49,298 bases of DNA from an uncultured Candidatus Peribacteria bacterium (GTDB taxonomy: Bacteria > Patescibacteriota > Gracilibacteria > BD1-5 > UBA6164), in contig CAZPIB010000002.1 of assembly GCA_964586815.1 (NCBI GenBank), positions 1-49,298 on the forward strand, written 5' to 3'. A model generated the notes under the pieces. The model was not told the DNA's origin, ran no database searches, and saw only the letters and a list, made by a program, of their open reading frames with translations. Below, piece after piece: positions 1 to 9,437 of the stretch. Made by a program: the position numbers and the translations under genes. Position 1 is the stretch's first letter, and each line of letters starts with the position of its first letter.

Positions 1-55
1 TTCAGTTTTAGGAGCTTCAGTTTTAGGAGCTTCAGTTTTAGGAGCTTCAGTTTTA
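1..55. repeat. Terminal redundancy: bases 1-55 are identical to 49244-49298. The block is 3.7 copies of the 15-bp unit ttcagttttaggagc.
   Basis: Direct comparison of the first and last lines of the window. The ORF crossing the junction is in frame only if an overlap of 10+15k nt is removed. Confidence 0.9.
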
Positions 56-72
56 TTTAATGTTTTTGTCAT
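1..72 (-). CDS. 5' part of an ORF of about 137 aa that continues across the window junction into 48905-49298. It has an N-terminal (APKTE)n repeat and unknown function.
   Basis: ATG is the complement of 70-72. The reading MTKTLNKTE(APKTE)n continues in frame at the other end of the window. Confidence 0.6.
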   Translation of the reverse strand, partial: MTKTLNKTEAPKTEAPKTEAPKTE

Positions 73-162
73 AATAGTAATTATATTAATAATAAAAATA
101 CAAAGTTAATTATTTGTGGTATAGTTACTATAATGTTCTTTTAAAAAAAAGCAAAAGATTTT

Positions 163-3100
163 TTACCAAACTTTTCTTAGTCTTTTTTTCTTTTTAGGTT
201 CAAAAACTTTATTCCAATCTTCTAAATTATCTTTTTGATCTTCTGTTGTATGATTACTTCTTTTAACTAAGTTTCTTATCTTAGCAATATGTAATCCAAC
301 TAAAAAACTATTTGTAATATCATCTTTAAACATACTTTTCATAGCAAGCCTACCCTTATTATCTTCATCTTCATAGATAAAATTCATTTCTTCTAATAAA
401 TCTTTATTTGAGGTTTTTAAAACCTCAACTATTCATTCTTCCATAAAATCTACTGCATTTCATATTAATCTAGTTTTAGAGACTCTCCAATCTATCCCTT
501 TTGATGATTCTGTATCTCAAGAAGTATATCAGATTTTAATGAGTGTTTTATCTTTAAAAGTATGCTTAAATGCTTCATTGAATCATTCTCATACTCATCT
601 AATATCAACTCAATATACTATCTTTGGAAAACTTCAGAATTGTTTAATGATTGTTTTTTGATAATATGAGATTTGTGTACTCCATTGTTTTTTATGAGAT
701 TTAGGTACAAATCCAGATAAAATAACATATATCTTTCAGTTAATAATATATAGAACTGTAAAAGCACTTCTATCTGCTCAAGGTCTAGCTGGATCAAAAG
801 TAATAATAAAATATCACTCTTCTCAAATAATTGGATATGAACTGGTTTGTAATGGCTTAAAAAGAATATCATCTCAACTGTTCCAGCTACAAAACCATTG
901 CCTTTGATTTTTGGCTTTTGCTTGATTTTTCATAACTCTTTCTCTAAGCTTTGGATTAACTAGAGGATTTTGAGTAATATCAATTTGATAATAACTAACA
1001 TCTGGTAGTGATTCTGATTTAACTGCAATTTTAATTCATGCTAATTCAATTCCTTTTTTTGCCTCCATTATTAAATCATAATAATATCATTTAGCAGTTT
1101 TTCAAGGAGTTCAAATTAAAATCATTCTTCAATTAGTTGTAGCAAGAGTTGGTTCAAGTACTTCTTCAAAAACATAATCACTAATTAATTGAGCCTCATC
1201 AATAATGATATTACTTAAAGTTAATCATAGTACATTTTCAGCATCTCAATCTAGTGTTCTAAAATAGATCTTAGTTCAACTTTTTGTATTTAAAATATAT
1301 CATTCAGATTTAAAGTGAGTAAATATCCCATCATCAAATTTATTAATAAACTTCAACATATAATTTCTAATTACATCTGTGGTTTTTTTAATATATCATC
1401 CAACTAAAGTATCTTCATTTGGTAGAAAACTTAATTCAACTGCTTTTTCAGCTATTGTCAAAGAATTATGAGTCAATATTCAGTTAGAAAAATATAATTC
1501 ATCATCTGATTTTACCGCTATAGTTACAACTTTTTCTTCTCAAATATATTCTATGTTTTTTATTTTAACCCAAAGATAATCTAACCAACTTTCTAAATTA
1601 TCTCAAATAAAGTGTTTTGATTTTATTTTTCTTCTTTGAAAAGGATAAGATGGCTTCTTATTGGTTCTACTAGTATTGGTTATATTATTGACTGCATCTA
1701 ATGGTATTAATGAAACTTTTCAATTAGTTTGAATGTTGTTATCTGTTAATCTTGCTTTAAATTTTGTATAATTTAATTTTGTAGTTATATCTATTTTTGA
1801 ATCTAATAAAATAAGACTCTCTTTGTTAGTTATATATAAATAATAAGCAAATTCTCTATGTTTTTTAAAATTACTTCTTATTTTTTTAGTTCTTATAGCA
1901 CAGATAACCCCTAACTTTAATAATAATAATTGAAGTTGAATAATTAATTGTTTCGAAGTAGAACAATATTCAATACTAGCTGCTCTATTATTAGATATAG
2001 ATAAATATGCATCAGTGTTAAATATTCATTCAAGAAAAGCCCATTGATTAATATTACTTGTTAAAAATACTTTATTGTCTATAAATTTTTCATAAGAATA
2101 TAAATCCACTCAATTAAAATTAGTCCTTTGTTTATATTTTTCAATATTATAAATATTTGATGTTCATTTTAAATTTGAAGTAATTTTATATTCAGAGATA
2201 ATATCTTTTAGTCTATTATGGTTTCAAGAAATTTGATTAGTTTTCCTGCATCAATCTCAAATAAAGTATCAAAGAAGCATAAAATCTTCTCTTGTGTGTG
2301 TTTCTTTTTTATTATCATTGTATCAAAAAGAGTAATTAAATGCTGTAGGAATGAATAAGTTAGCTTCTCTTTGTAGCCTTTCTTGTATTTTTCTTTCAGG
2401 AAGTGTTCTATTCTTATTTAATCTTCTGTTTTCTTTTAATATATCTAATTCTTTATTTAAATTAATGAATTTTTCAAATAAAGATTTAGCATTTATATAA
2501 TGTTCTTTATTATTTAATTTATTTGCATCCCATTTTTCTCAATTAAAATTATGAGAAAGTGGTATTCTATGTTCTTCAGATATTGTATGTTCCATTCAAT
2601 TTTCTAAAGTAATCTTATAACTTGGTTTTTTTGAATAAGAAAGTTGTGTGATTTCAGTAAATTTATAATTACTTCACAATATTTTATCTCATACCTTTAC
2701 GTGTTGGGCTTCTTTATATCAATAATCTTGACAGAATACCTTTTGGTTGTATAGTACACTTTTACCTAGTTGTCTACTTCAATCAAGTAAGATTATTGGA
2801 GAATCATCCTGTAGTAGAGTATCTTGCCATTTTATATAGACTTGTTTAGTTCCCCATTTTGGCACAACATAAGGGGAGTATCAAGTTATCTTTCTTATTG
2901 CATCTCTTGAAATTGTTAAAACTTTCTTTTTCTTTTTATTTTTATTTTTATTTTGTTCTGGTTTTTGAATTGTAGGTCTTTCAGTCTGAATAAAAGTATT
3001 ATTTCTTCAGTCTTTTTTAACTAACCATAATTTAAGTTCATCAATTTTATAATAATATCATTTAAAGAAATAGAAATTATTGTATTGTGATCTTGTTTTT

Positions 3101-3342
3101 TCAGAAATGATTTTATTATAGTATTCATGTTTAGAATATAATTCTATCATTTTTATGGTATGCTCTTGTTGTTTTGTTATATCAGTAAAAATCATAGCAT
3201 TATCAATATTCTCAAAATGAAATTCAAAAGGCAAAGTAAAATACCTAAGATTTTTCCATTTCTTAGGTTCTGCTTCTGGTATTAAATCCTCCTGAGCTGG
3301 ATTGAATGTTCAATTTTTAACTAGCCAATATTTATCTATCAT
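163..3342 (-). CDS. terL: Terminase large subunit, 1059 aa as a precursor, interrupted by an intein.
   Basis: The frame was hand-scanned and contains no TAA or TAG. Walker A is ILLDGSRQLGK/S, Walker B is NIIIDEAQ and the coupling motif is MILIGTPG, with both Gly of LIGTPG encoded by TGA. The ATG overlaps the stop of the upstream ORF. Confidence 0.85.
1465..2760 (-). mobile_element. Intein of 432 aa with a LAGLIDADG homing-endonuclease domain, inserted in the TerL P-loop.
   Basis: The N-terminus is SVLYNQKV directly after GSRQLGK. Block B is ISEEHRI. The LAGLIDADG motifs are LLGYFIGDGC and FLEGIFNTDAYLS. The C-terminus is FSNGILTHN followed by Ser. The spliced extein restores GSRQLGKSLTIAEKAV. 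Confidence 0.8.
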
Positions 3343-3514
3343 TTTTATTATAATTAATATCTACGCTTTCATAATGTGCAATAAGCATTGACATAAAACC
3401 AGACATTGTTAATTCTAATTTTGAAGATTCTTCTCTAATTTTTTTATAATTAGATTCAGTTAACTTTAATGTAAAAACCTTACGAGGTGTTTTGTTTTTT
3501 ATATTATTATTCAT
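3332..3514 (-). CDS. Ribbon-helix-helix DNA-binding protein (60 aa), possibly a small-terminase-like or regulatory factor.
   Basis: It is a complete ORF even in the standard code. KVFTLKLTESNYKKIREESSKLELTMSGFMSMLIAHY has the strand-helix-helix pattern. The ORF overlaps both neighbouring genes. Confidence 0.6.
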   Translation of the reverse strand: MNNNIKNKTPRKVFTLKLTESNYKKIREESSKLELTMSGFMSMLIAHYESVDINYNKNDR

Positions 3515-4229
3515 TTGTATTATTATTTATAAAAATAAATCCTCCAGCTGACTTTCTTTTTCAATTAAGAACAGCAGAGATACTTGAAGATGCAATTTTT
3601 AATTTTTGTCCAGCTTCAGAAGCAGAAAAAAAATAATTAATAACATCTCATTTTTTATCTAATTGAATTATATTTTTCAAATTCAATAATCTTTCATTTG
3701 AAATTGTAGATATTTTAAATTCTTCAATTAAATCTGAATAAACTTTAGCATAAATTTTTTTATATAATCTTTTTTCTATTTCAATTAAAAGATTTGAGTC
3801 TATTATTCTTTTTTTTGGTTTTGGTGTATCTAATATAATAGTTTTTGTACATTTAGTAGAAATTTTCTTTCTTATTTGTTTAGTAGAAATTTTCTTTTTT
3901 ACTTGTTTAGAAAAAATATCATCATCAGTTAAAGTAAAAGTTAATTTTGTATCTGGGCAATACTTTAAAAATTCTTTTTGATTAAATTTTATTTCTTTTG
4001 TAATTAGATCATATCAGATAAACTCTGGAAAGACATCTTCATATAAAGCAGCTAAAGTTATTTTATCAGCTCACATTACTTCATTCCAATCTTTAAAAGT
4101 CTTTTCTAATATTCTAAATCAGTTAACTTGAGTTGGATCCTTTACTTTTACAAACAACACTCAATCATCCCTAAATTCTACTTCTTCCCCATTATAGGTT
4201 ATATGTTCAGATTTATATTTCATCTTCAT
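3507..4229 (-). CDS. DNA-binding protein (240 aa) with a C-terminal NUMOD1/IENR1-like helix-turn-helix. It is the first gene of the packaging operon and a small-terminase candidate.
   Basis: The ORF is open when TGA is read as Gly. The C-terminus GDVINYFFSASEAGQKLKIASSSISAVLNGKRKSAGGFIF resembles homing-endonuclease DNA-binding modules. Confidence 0.55.
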
Positions 4230-4315
4230 TTATAATTATCAATTAAATCTATAAGGTCATAGTATGTATTTTTAACTAAAAAGCAAATCTTTTGTTAACT
4301 TTTTGTTCTTTTTTT

Positions 4316-4536
4316 GTGTAATTTATATAGTTTATAATCAAATGTCATTATGTTTGGTGAAAATGATGGATTTGTGTGGTTTGTATAATTTATATAATTT
4401 GTATTCAAATGTCATTGTGTTTGGTGAAAATGATGGATTTGTGTAATTTATATAGTTTATAATCAAATGTCATTGTGTTTGATTATAATTTGTATTCAAA
4501 TGTCATTATGTTTGGTGAAAATGATGGATTTGTGTG
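4316..4536. repeat. Nested tandem repeat array. The core caaatgtcattRtgtttg occurs four times and ggtgaaaatgatggatttgtgt three times.
   Basis: Cores start at 4339, 4406, 4464 and 4497. The intervening segments are themselves repeated. Confidence 0.85.
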
Positions 4537-4537
4537 A

Positions 4538-4556
4538 GGGGGACTTACGACCCCCC
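4538..4556. other. GC-only hairpin (GGGGG-acttacga-CCCCCC) followed by ACCA.
   Basis: Read directly from the sequence. It is conspicuous in an AT-rich non-coding region, immediately after the repeat array. Confidence 0.6.
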
Positions 4557-4898
4557 ACCATAAAACAAAAAAGTGCTATACCCTTTGTGTTTATGTTTAT
4601 ATATAAATATAATCATTATAATTAAAAAGCCTTTAAAATATTAAGTTTTAAACTTTAATATTGTGGGGTAGTTTATTTTTTAAAAAGATGTGGGGTATGA
4701 AGCTGTATTTTCTATTAAAATTAAAGAGTATATAAAACTGTATATATTCATATATACTTAAGTATATAAAAACTGTATATAAAAGCGCAAAAAATGTACA
4801 AAAAGTTAACAAAAGCCAAAAAGCACAAAAAGCACAAAAAGTTAACAAAATGATAACAAAAAGCGCAAAAAGTTAACAAAATGATAACAAAAAGGCTT

Positions 4899-4948
4899 AA
4901 AAAAAAAATAAAAAAAAATAAAAAAAAATGAAAAAAAATGGAAAAAAA
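4899..4948. repeat. Five phased A-tracts (A7-A10) spaced about 10-11 bp apart, predicted to bend the DNA intrinsically.
   Basis: The sequence is aaaaaaaaaataaaaaaaaataaaaaaaaatgaaaaaaaatggaaaaaaac, directly upstream of a -35 box. Confidence 0.7.
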
Positions 4949-4949
4949 C

Positions 4950-4978
4950 TTGACAAAATACCTTAAAAACATTATAAA
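4950..4978 (+). promoter_or_regulatory. Sigma-70-like promoter, TTGACA-17 nt-TATAAA.
   Basis: TTGACA lies at 4950-4955 and TATAAA at 4973-4978. A-tracts lie upstream, and the operator-like inverted repeat starts about 17 nt downstream. Confidence 0.5.
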
Positions 4979-5480
4979 ATAAAAATTGTTATCATTTTGT
5001 TAACTTTTTGTACATTTTGCTTATAGTTATTTCAAAAGTTCTATGAATAGATCAACATTTTCAATTTTGACCCTATATATATTTATTTTTTTTCCTATAT
5101 AACCAAAAAAACACCCCTTCACAAATTAAACTATATCAATAAAAAAATAATTACATTCTATTCATAGTAGTTTCAAAATAACTATGAGCAAAAAGCGCAA
5201 AAAGTTAACAAAAAGTTAACAAAAAAAAAATAATAACATAAAAAAAATAAATGTAAAGAAAAAAAAAAAAAATGTTATTTTTTTGTTAACACTGTTTGTC
5301 TCTATTTAAAGGCATCTTGAGCCTTTTTGTACATTTTTTGTACTTTTTGTTAACTTTTTGTACATTTTGCTTTTTTATCTTTTTTTATAAAAATATATAC
5401 TTTCAGTAATAATAATAAATAAAAAAGTCTAAAAATCTTTTGACTTTTGTTTGCAAAAGAATATACTTAAGATAGTTAAT

Positions 5481-5557
5481 AAGATACATTTAATTAAAAT
5501 AAACATTTAAAAAACCTTCTTGGTTAGCTTAATGATTTTATTTAACTGATATATTTT
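5481..5557. repeat. Copy 1 of a ~75-bp intergenic element, upstream of the first early gene.
   Basis: aagatacatttaattaaaataaacatttaa...ttggtta.cttaatgattttattt..tgatatatt matches 6245-6320 at roughly 90 percent identity by eye. Confidence 0.8.
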
Positions 5558-5615
5558 TAAAACTATTAATAAACAACATTTAAATAAATAATAATAAATA
5601 ATAATAATAAATATT

Positions 5616-5867
5616 ATGGAAATGCAAACATATAAAAAAAATGCAAAGGTTGTATATATAGAGCAACTCAATTGCTCTAAAAGTTGAAATCCTAGATATG
5701 AATTAATTTTAAATATTTTAGATAATAATGAAAATATAAAAGTATGGACTGAATCAGATGCCAGTTTCGGTTACTCAATAACTAATTGAATGCTAAATAA
5801 AATATATGATTGTGAATTAGTAGACAAAAGAAATAGGATCTATATTGTAGGGGCTAAAAATATATAA
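5616..5867 (+). CDS. Hypothetical early protein (83 aa).
   Basis: ATG is preceded by aataaatATTATG. The ORF has two in-frame TGA and ends in TAA. Confidence 0.6.
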
Positions 5868-5904
5868 TATATATATTTTAATTTAATAATAATAAAAAAA
5901 AATT

Positions 5905-6228
5905 ATGCAATATAATGAAATAGCAATAGGTGATAGAGACCTACAATTCTTAGAGGATTTAACTGAAAAAACAGGTATTGAATGGGATGAGGTAGATTTT
6001 AATTATGTGCCAGAGTGTGACTCTATAGCAGATGTAACAAATAAAATTATCTATAATCTATTTATAGAATACATAACAAATTTAGAATTTTTAACAGATA
6101 TGCAACAAGAATCTTTAATTGAAAAAATTTATACTAATTGTTTAGATTCTTGAATTGATGATCTTGATGGATTCATTGAGGAGGAAAAACTAAAAAAGTA
6201 TAGAAAGGAATTAGAAAAAATTAATTAA
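5905..6228 (+). CDS. Hypothetical acidic early protein (107 aa).
   Basis: The track ORF 5905-6153 extends through one TGA to a TAA at 6226. Confidence 0.65.
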
Positions 6229-6244
6229 TTCCTTTAACAACAAC

Positions 6245-6320
6245 AAGATACATTTAATTAAAATAAACATTTAATAAACCTTTTTGGTTAACTTAATGAT
6301 TTTATTTTAATTGATATATT
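6245..6320. repeat. Copy 2 of the ~75-bp intergenic element.
   Basis: See 5481-5557. This copy lies upstream of the ORF starting at 6344. Confidence 0.8.
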
Positions 6321-6343
6321 AAACTTTAATAAAAAATAATATT

Positions 6344-6592
6344 ATGAAAACTACAATGAAAGAAATATTTGTAAATATAAATAAGGATTTTGAGAATCCT
6401 AAAGAAAAAACAATAAAAAAAGGAATTGAATTATTAAAAATATTATGATACCACTCAATGAGTGAAGAAATCCAATTATGAAAAAGCACAATACAAGAAA
6501 CGTGTAAATATTTATTAAAAAATTATTTAGAAATCAAACAAAGAAAAGTATTAATTGAATTATTAAAAATATCAAAACAATGTAAAATTTAA
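6344..6592 (+). CDS. Hypothetical early protein (82 aa).
   Basis: It has the ATTATG start context, two in-frame TGA and a TAA stop. Confidence 0.55.
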
Positions 6593-6637
6593 TTAAACTT
6601 TTTAACAACAATTTAATTTTTAATATAAAATACTAAA

Positions 6638-6904
6638 ATGAAACATTTTATGGCAACGGTAAAATATAAAAAAGGAAATGATTATTTTTTAATTATTTAT
6701 AGAATAAAAAATAATATTATAGAAAGAATAGGAGCTAAAGATTTTACAATATGAAATGCAACAGGTGAAGAGTCTGAGGTATATCTATTTTTAATTGATA
6801 AAAAAATAATACCAAAAAAAGCAAATGATTTTTCAAAAACACCCTGGAGAAGTGCTGGCTATTATGTTCATCATAATCCATATTGTAGAATTACTATAAT
6901 TTAA
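6638..6904 (+). CDS. Hypothetical early protein (88 aa).
   Basis: The ORF is open with TGA=Gly and has a TAA stop. Confidence 0.55.
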
Positions 6905-6921
6905 TAATAAAAAAAACAATT

Positions 6922-7209
6922 ATGAATAAAACATATATAGTAAAATATAAAAATTGATTATTAAAATATTACTCAATACATTTTTTTAAAAATAGGTACA
7001 ATTTTATGAATACCTATTTTAGTGAACATCAAAAACAACAAAATTGAATAATAAAAATAAAAACAATAAATGAAGAAATATTTAAATTTTGAAAAAGACT
7101 TAATAAATCTATATGTAATATTGTGGCTGATAGTAATTGAGCAATTTTAAGAGAAGAATATAATAAGTATGAGCAGAATATTTTAAATTTTATATTATAT
7201 ACAAAATAA
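6922..7209 (+). CDS. Hypothetical early protein (95 aa).
   Basis: It has the ATTATG start context, four in-frame TGA and a TAA stop. Confidence 0.55.
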
Positions 7210-7250
7210 AAAGAAATCGATTTTAATTTAATAATAAAAAATAAACAATT

Positions 7251-7643
7251 ATGAAAAATTTAAAAAAATACATAAACTGAATCATTATTTCTCTTATAGT
7301 GATACTTTTAATATGAATGAGTATGTTCATACTAAAACAAAATAAAAGCATTGCACAAGCTAATGTAAATATAATTCAATTAGAGTATGATATAAATAAT
7401 AAATCAGATATAGAAATATTAGAAAACTTAGCATCAAAAGCTAATACATCTAATATAAATTATCTAAATAAAATAAATAATTATAAAAAAACAATTAAAA
7501 AATTAGAGATAAAATTTGAAACATCAATACTTAAAGAGAGATGCTTTAAGGCACAAATAAATAGAAAAATAGAATGATTAGAATATAATTATAATCATTG
7601 TAAAGAGATAAAAAATCTAAATCAATTTAGATTAAAAAAATAA
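7251..7643 (+). CDS. Membrane-anchored coiled-coil protein (130 aa). It may be the N-terminal part of a frameshift fusion with the downstream lysozyme.
   Basis: The N-terminus has the hydrophobic helix IIISLIVILLIGMSMFIL. The ORF ends AAA AAA TAA inside an A7 run. Confidence 0.6.
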
Positions 7644-7684
7644 CAGGGGAAAAAACTCACCCCTTAGTTAAAGATGAGCAGTCG

Positions 7685-8116
7685 GTGACTAAAAAATCAC
7701 CTAACTGGAAGTATGAAGCTATATACTTCATACAAAATTGAAGAGGTAACTTTACTGGAGAATGATTTTCTGCTTACTGCAAGCGGGATAACAAGCAAAA
7801 CTCTTGGGGTCATTGAACCAAATGCAAAAACATTTGAGACAAAATAACACAAGAGCAAGCAGACTTAGAATTCCATAACCACCTTGTGCATATTTTTGAG
7901 CTAGTTGATAATTCAACTTGTTTCACTGACAATCAAAAAATAGCTTTAACAAGCTATATATATAATACCTGAGGTAATCAACTTAACCTCAGGAAACATA
8001 TACATAGATGCTCTCATAAAGACATAAGATACATTATGTCTATATGGGGCTGGAATAAAGAATTCCCTTGATTAAAACACAGAAGAATAGCTGAATTATA
8101 TTTATACGCTTTATAG
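7685..8116 (+). CDS. Glycoside hydrolase family 24 (T4/P22-type) lysozyme. As annotated it is 143 aa from a GTG start.
   Basis: The motifs are TGEGFSAYCKRD, SWGHG, ITQEQADLEF, FTDNQKIALTSYIYNTGG and GLKHRRIAELYLY, and several Gly are TGA. There is no ATG in the frame, which is open from 7631. Confidence 0.75.
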
Positions 8117-8147
8117 AGTAGATTTTAAATTAATAACCTTAAAACAA

Positions 8148-8498
8148 ATGCAAGAATTTAAAAAAGTAACCGATCCAAATAATTTTAAATGAAGTTGAAA
8201 AATGGGAAGTTTAGAAATAGATTATTTAGATTTAGTAGACAAAATTTGAGAACCTTTCAAATATACAGAAAATAATTTTCCAGATGATAAAAATAAAGTA
8301 CAGGTATGCTGGGGATTTAATAAGCAAAATGAAGCAGAACAAAATATTAATATAGCTATATGGGATTATAAAAGTTATGCTGATGATTTAGCAGAAATAA
8401 AACAGTTTAGTTTTTATGCTCCAACAGATAGACACTTACAAGAATTTTTAAAACAATATGATTTAGAAAATTATTTAGTAGAGAATTATTTAATTTAA
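8148..8498 (+). CDS. Hypothetical protein (116 aa).
   Basis: The ORF is open with TGA=Gly and has a TAA stop. Confidence 0.55.
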
Positions 8499-8516
8499 TA
8501 ATAAAAAAATAATATT

Positions 8517-8840
8517 ATGAAACTTAAAATAAAAGATTATATAAAATCTCTAGAAGAAATAGCAGAAGAAACTTATATGCAACAAGAGGATTATTTTGAT
8601 TTAAAAGATTTTTACATTGATGTAAAACATAGAGAAAAAGAACATAAAAAGGCTTTTGAAATATTGGGGAATTTAAATATTATTGTAGATCATATTCTTG
8701 AAAATGAATATAAAAATTTTCAAGAAAATTGTGAATGTGATATTGATGTTTGTGTTGATAATTGGGAGGTTTGCAAATGTCAAACTAATCATATTTATTA
8801 TATAGCACAAAAAGTATACAAAGGATTAAATAATATTTAA
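8517..8840 (+). CDS. Hypothetical Cys-rich protein (107 aa).
   Basis: It is complete in the supplied ORF track, has the ATTATG start context and a TAA stop. Confidence 0.65.
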   Translation: MKLKIKDYIKSLEEIAEETYMQQEDYFDLKDFYIDVKHREKEHKKAFEILGNLNIIVDHILENEYKNFQENCECDIDVCVDNWEVCKCQTNHIYYIAQKVYKGLNNI

Positions 8841-8995
8841 TAATATAAAAAGATGTCAAGAGCAAATGCGATTAAGTATGTGAAAAAATATCACACAAAA
8901 GAAGAAATAAATTTAATAGGGATGGAATCATTGATACAATTAAATATTGAATGAATCCTTTAACAACAATTTAATTTAATAATAAAAAATATATT

Positions 8996-9433
8996 ATGAG
9001 CAATATACAAGAAATTAAAATTTCAAAAAATCAATTAAATATTTTAAATGAAAGATGAGAAATATTTATAAATAATGAAAAAAGTTGAATATCAATTATA
9101 GCTGATGTGGTAAAATCAAATCCTAGAATTGAATATATTGAAGACCATTATGAAATAGATGATATTAAAATTAATGAGGATATTTTCCAAGAAGAAAAAT
9201 ATGATTATAGTATTGTGGATGTAGAGGATGAAATTAATAATCTTATTATGTTTATTCAAGAGTCTAAAAGTGATAGTCAAGCAGAATTAATGAAAGAAGA
9301 TTTAAGACAATTAATAAATTGTGATGAGGAGTATGTTTTTTCTTCAGTCAATACAAATGAATATATAGATTCTACTTATTGAGACCATTACAATTCTCAT
9401 TGTGAGGCAATTTTAAAACTTAATACAAAATAA
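8996..9433 (+). CDS. Hypothetical acidic protein (145 aa).
   Basis: The track ORF 9107-9382 extends on both sides through TGA codons. The start context is ATTATG. Confidence 0.6.
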
Positions 9434-9437
9434 TATT

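Larger units (their letters stand above)
4787..5370. promoter_or_regulatory. Iteron/operator-like region. A 26-28 bp element containing the palindromes TGTACA and GTTAAC occurs once forward and twice inverted. Extra GTTAAC repeats and a long-range inverted repeat are also present.
   Basis: gcaaaaaatgtacaaaaagttaacaaaa at 4787-4814 is the reverse complement of ttttgttaactttttgtacattttgc at 4995-5020 and 5345-5370. A second inverted pair lies at 5022-5050 and 5168-5196. Confidence 0.7.

Noticed and set aside
4316-4536. Possible CRISPR array, suggested by regularly spaced 39-bp repeats.
   Set aside because: The sequences between the repeats are themselves repeated (aatttatatagtttataat twice, ataatttgtatt twice). 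One repeat is truncated and there are only 3-4 units. It is a nested tandem duplication, not a repeat-spacer array.
4538-4560. tRNA or tRNA-like 3' end (GGGGG-loop-CCCCC followed by ACCA).
   Set aside because: The loop is 8 nt and lacks the T-loop consensus. There is no 7-nt acceptor strand between the stem and CCA, and no D or anticodon arm can be drawn upstream. I saw no convincing tRNA elsewhere in the intergenic regions either.
4648-4972. Two overlapping minus-strand ORFs (4648-4848 and 4748-4972) in the non-coding hub.
   Set aside because: They are products of poly-A/poly-T and iteron repeats, giving Phe/Leu/Cys strings. They lack the usual start context and sit on repeated regulatory-looking DNA.
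7645-7664. The AGGGG...CCCCT hairpin as a simple terminator of the 7251-7643 gene.
   Set aside because: It is not followed by a T-run, and a lysozyme reading frame passes straight through it. I kept it as a possible frameshift-stimulating structure instead, without proof.
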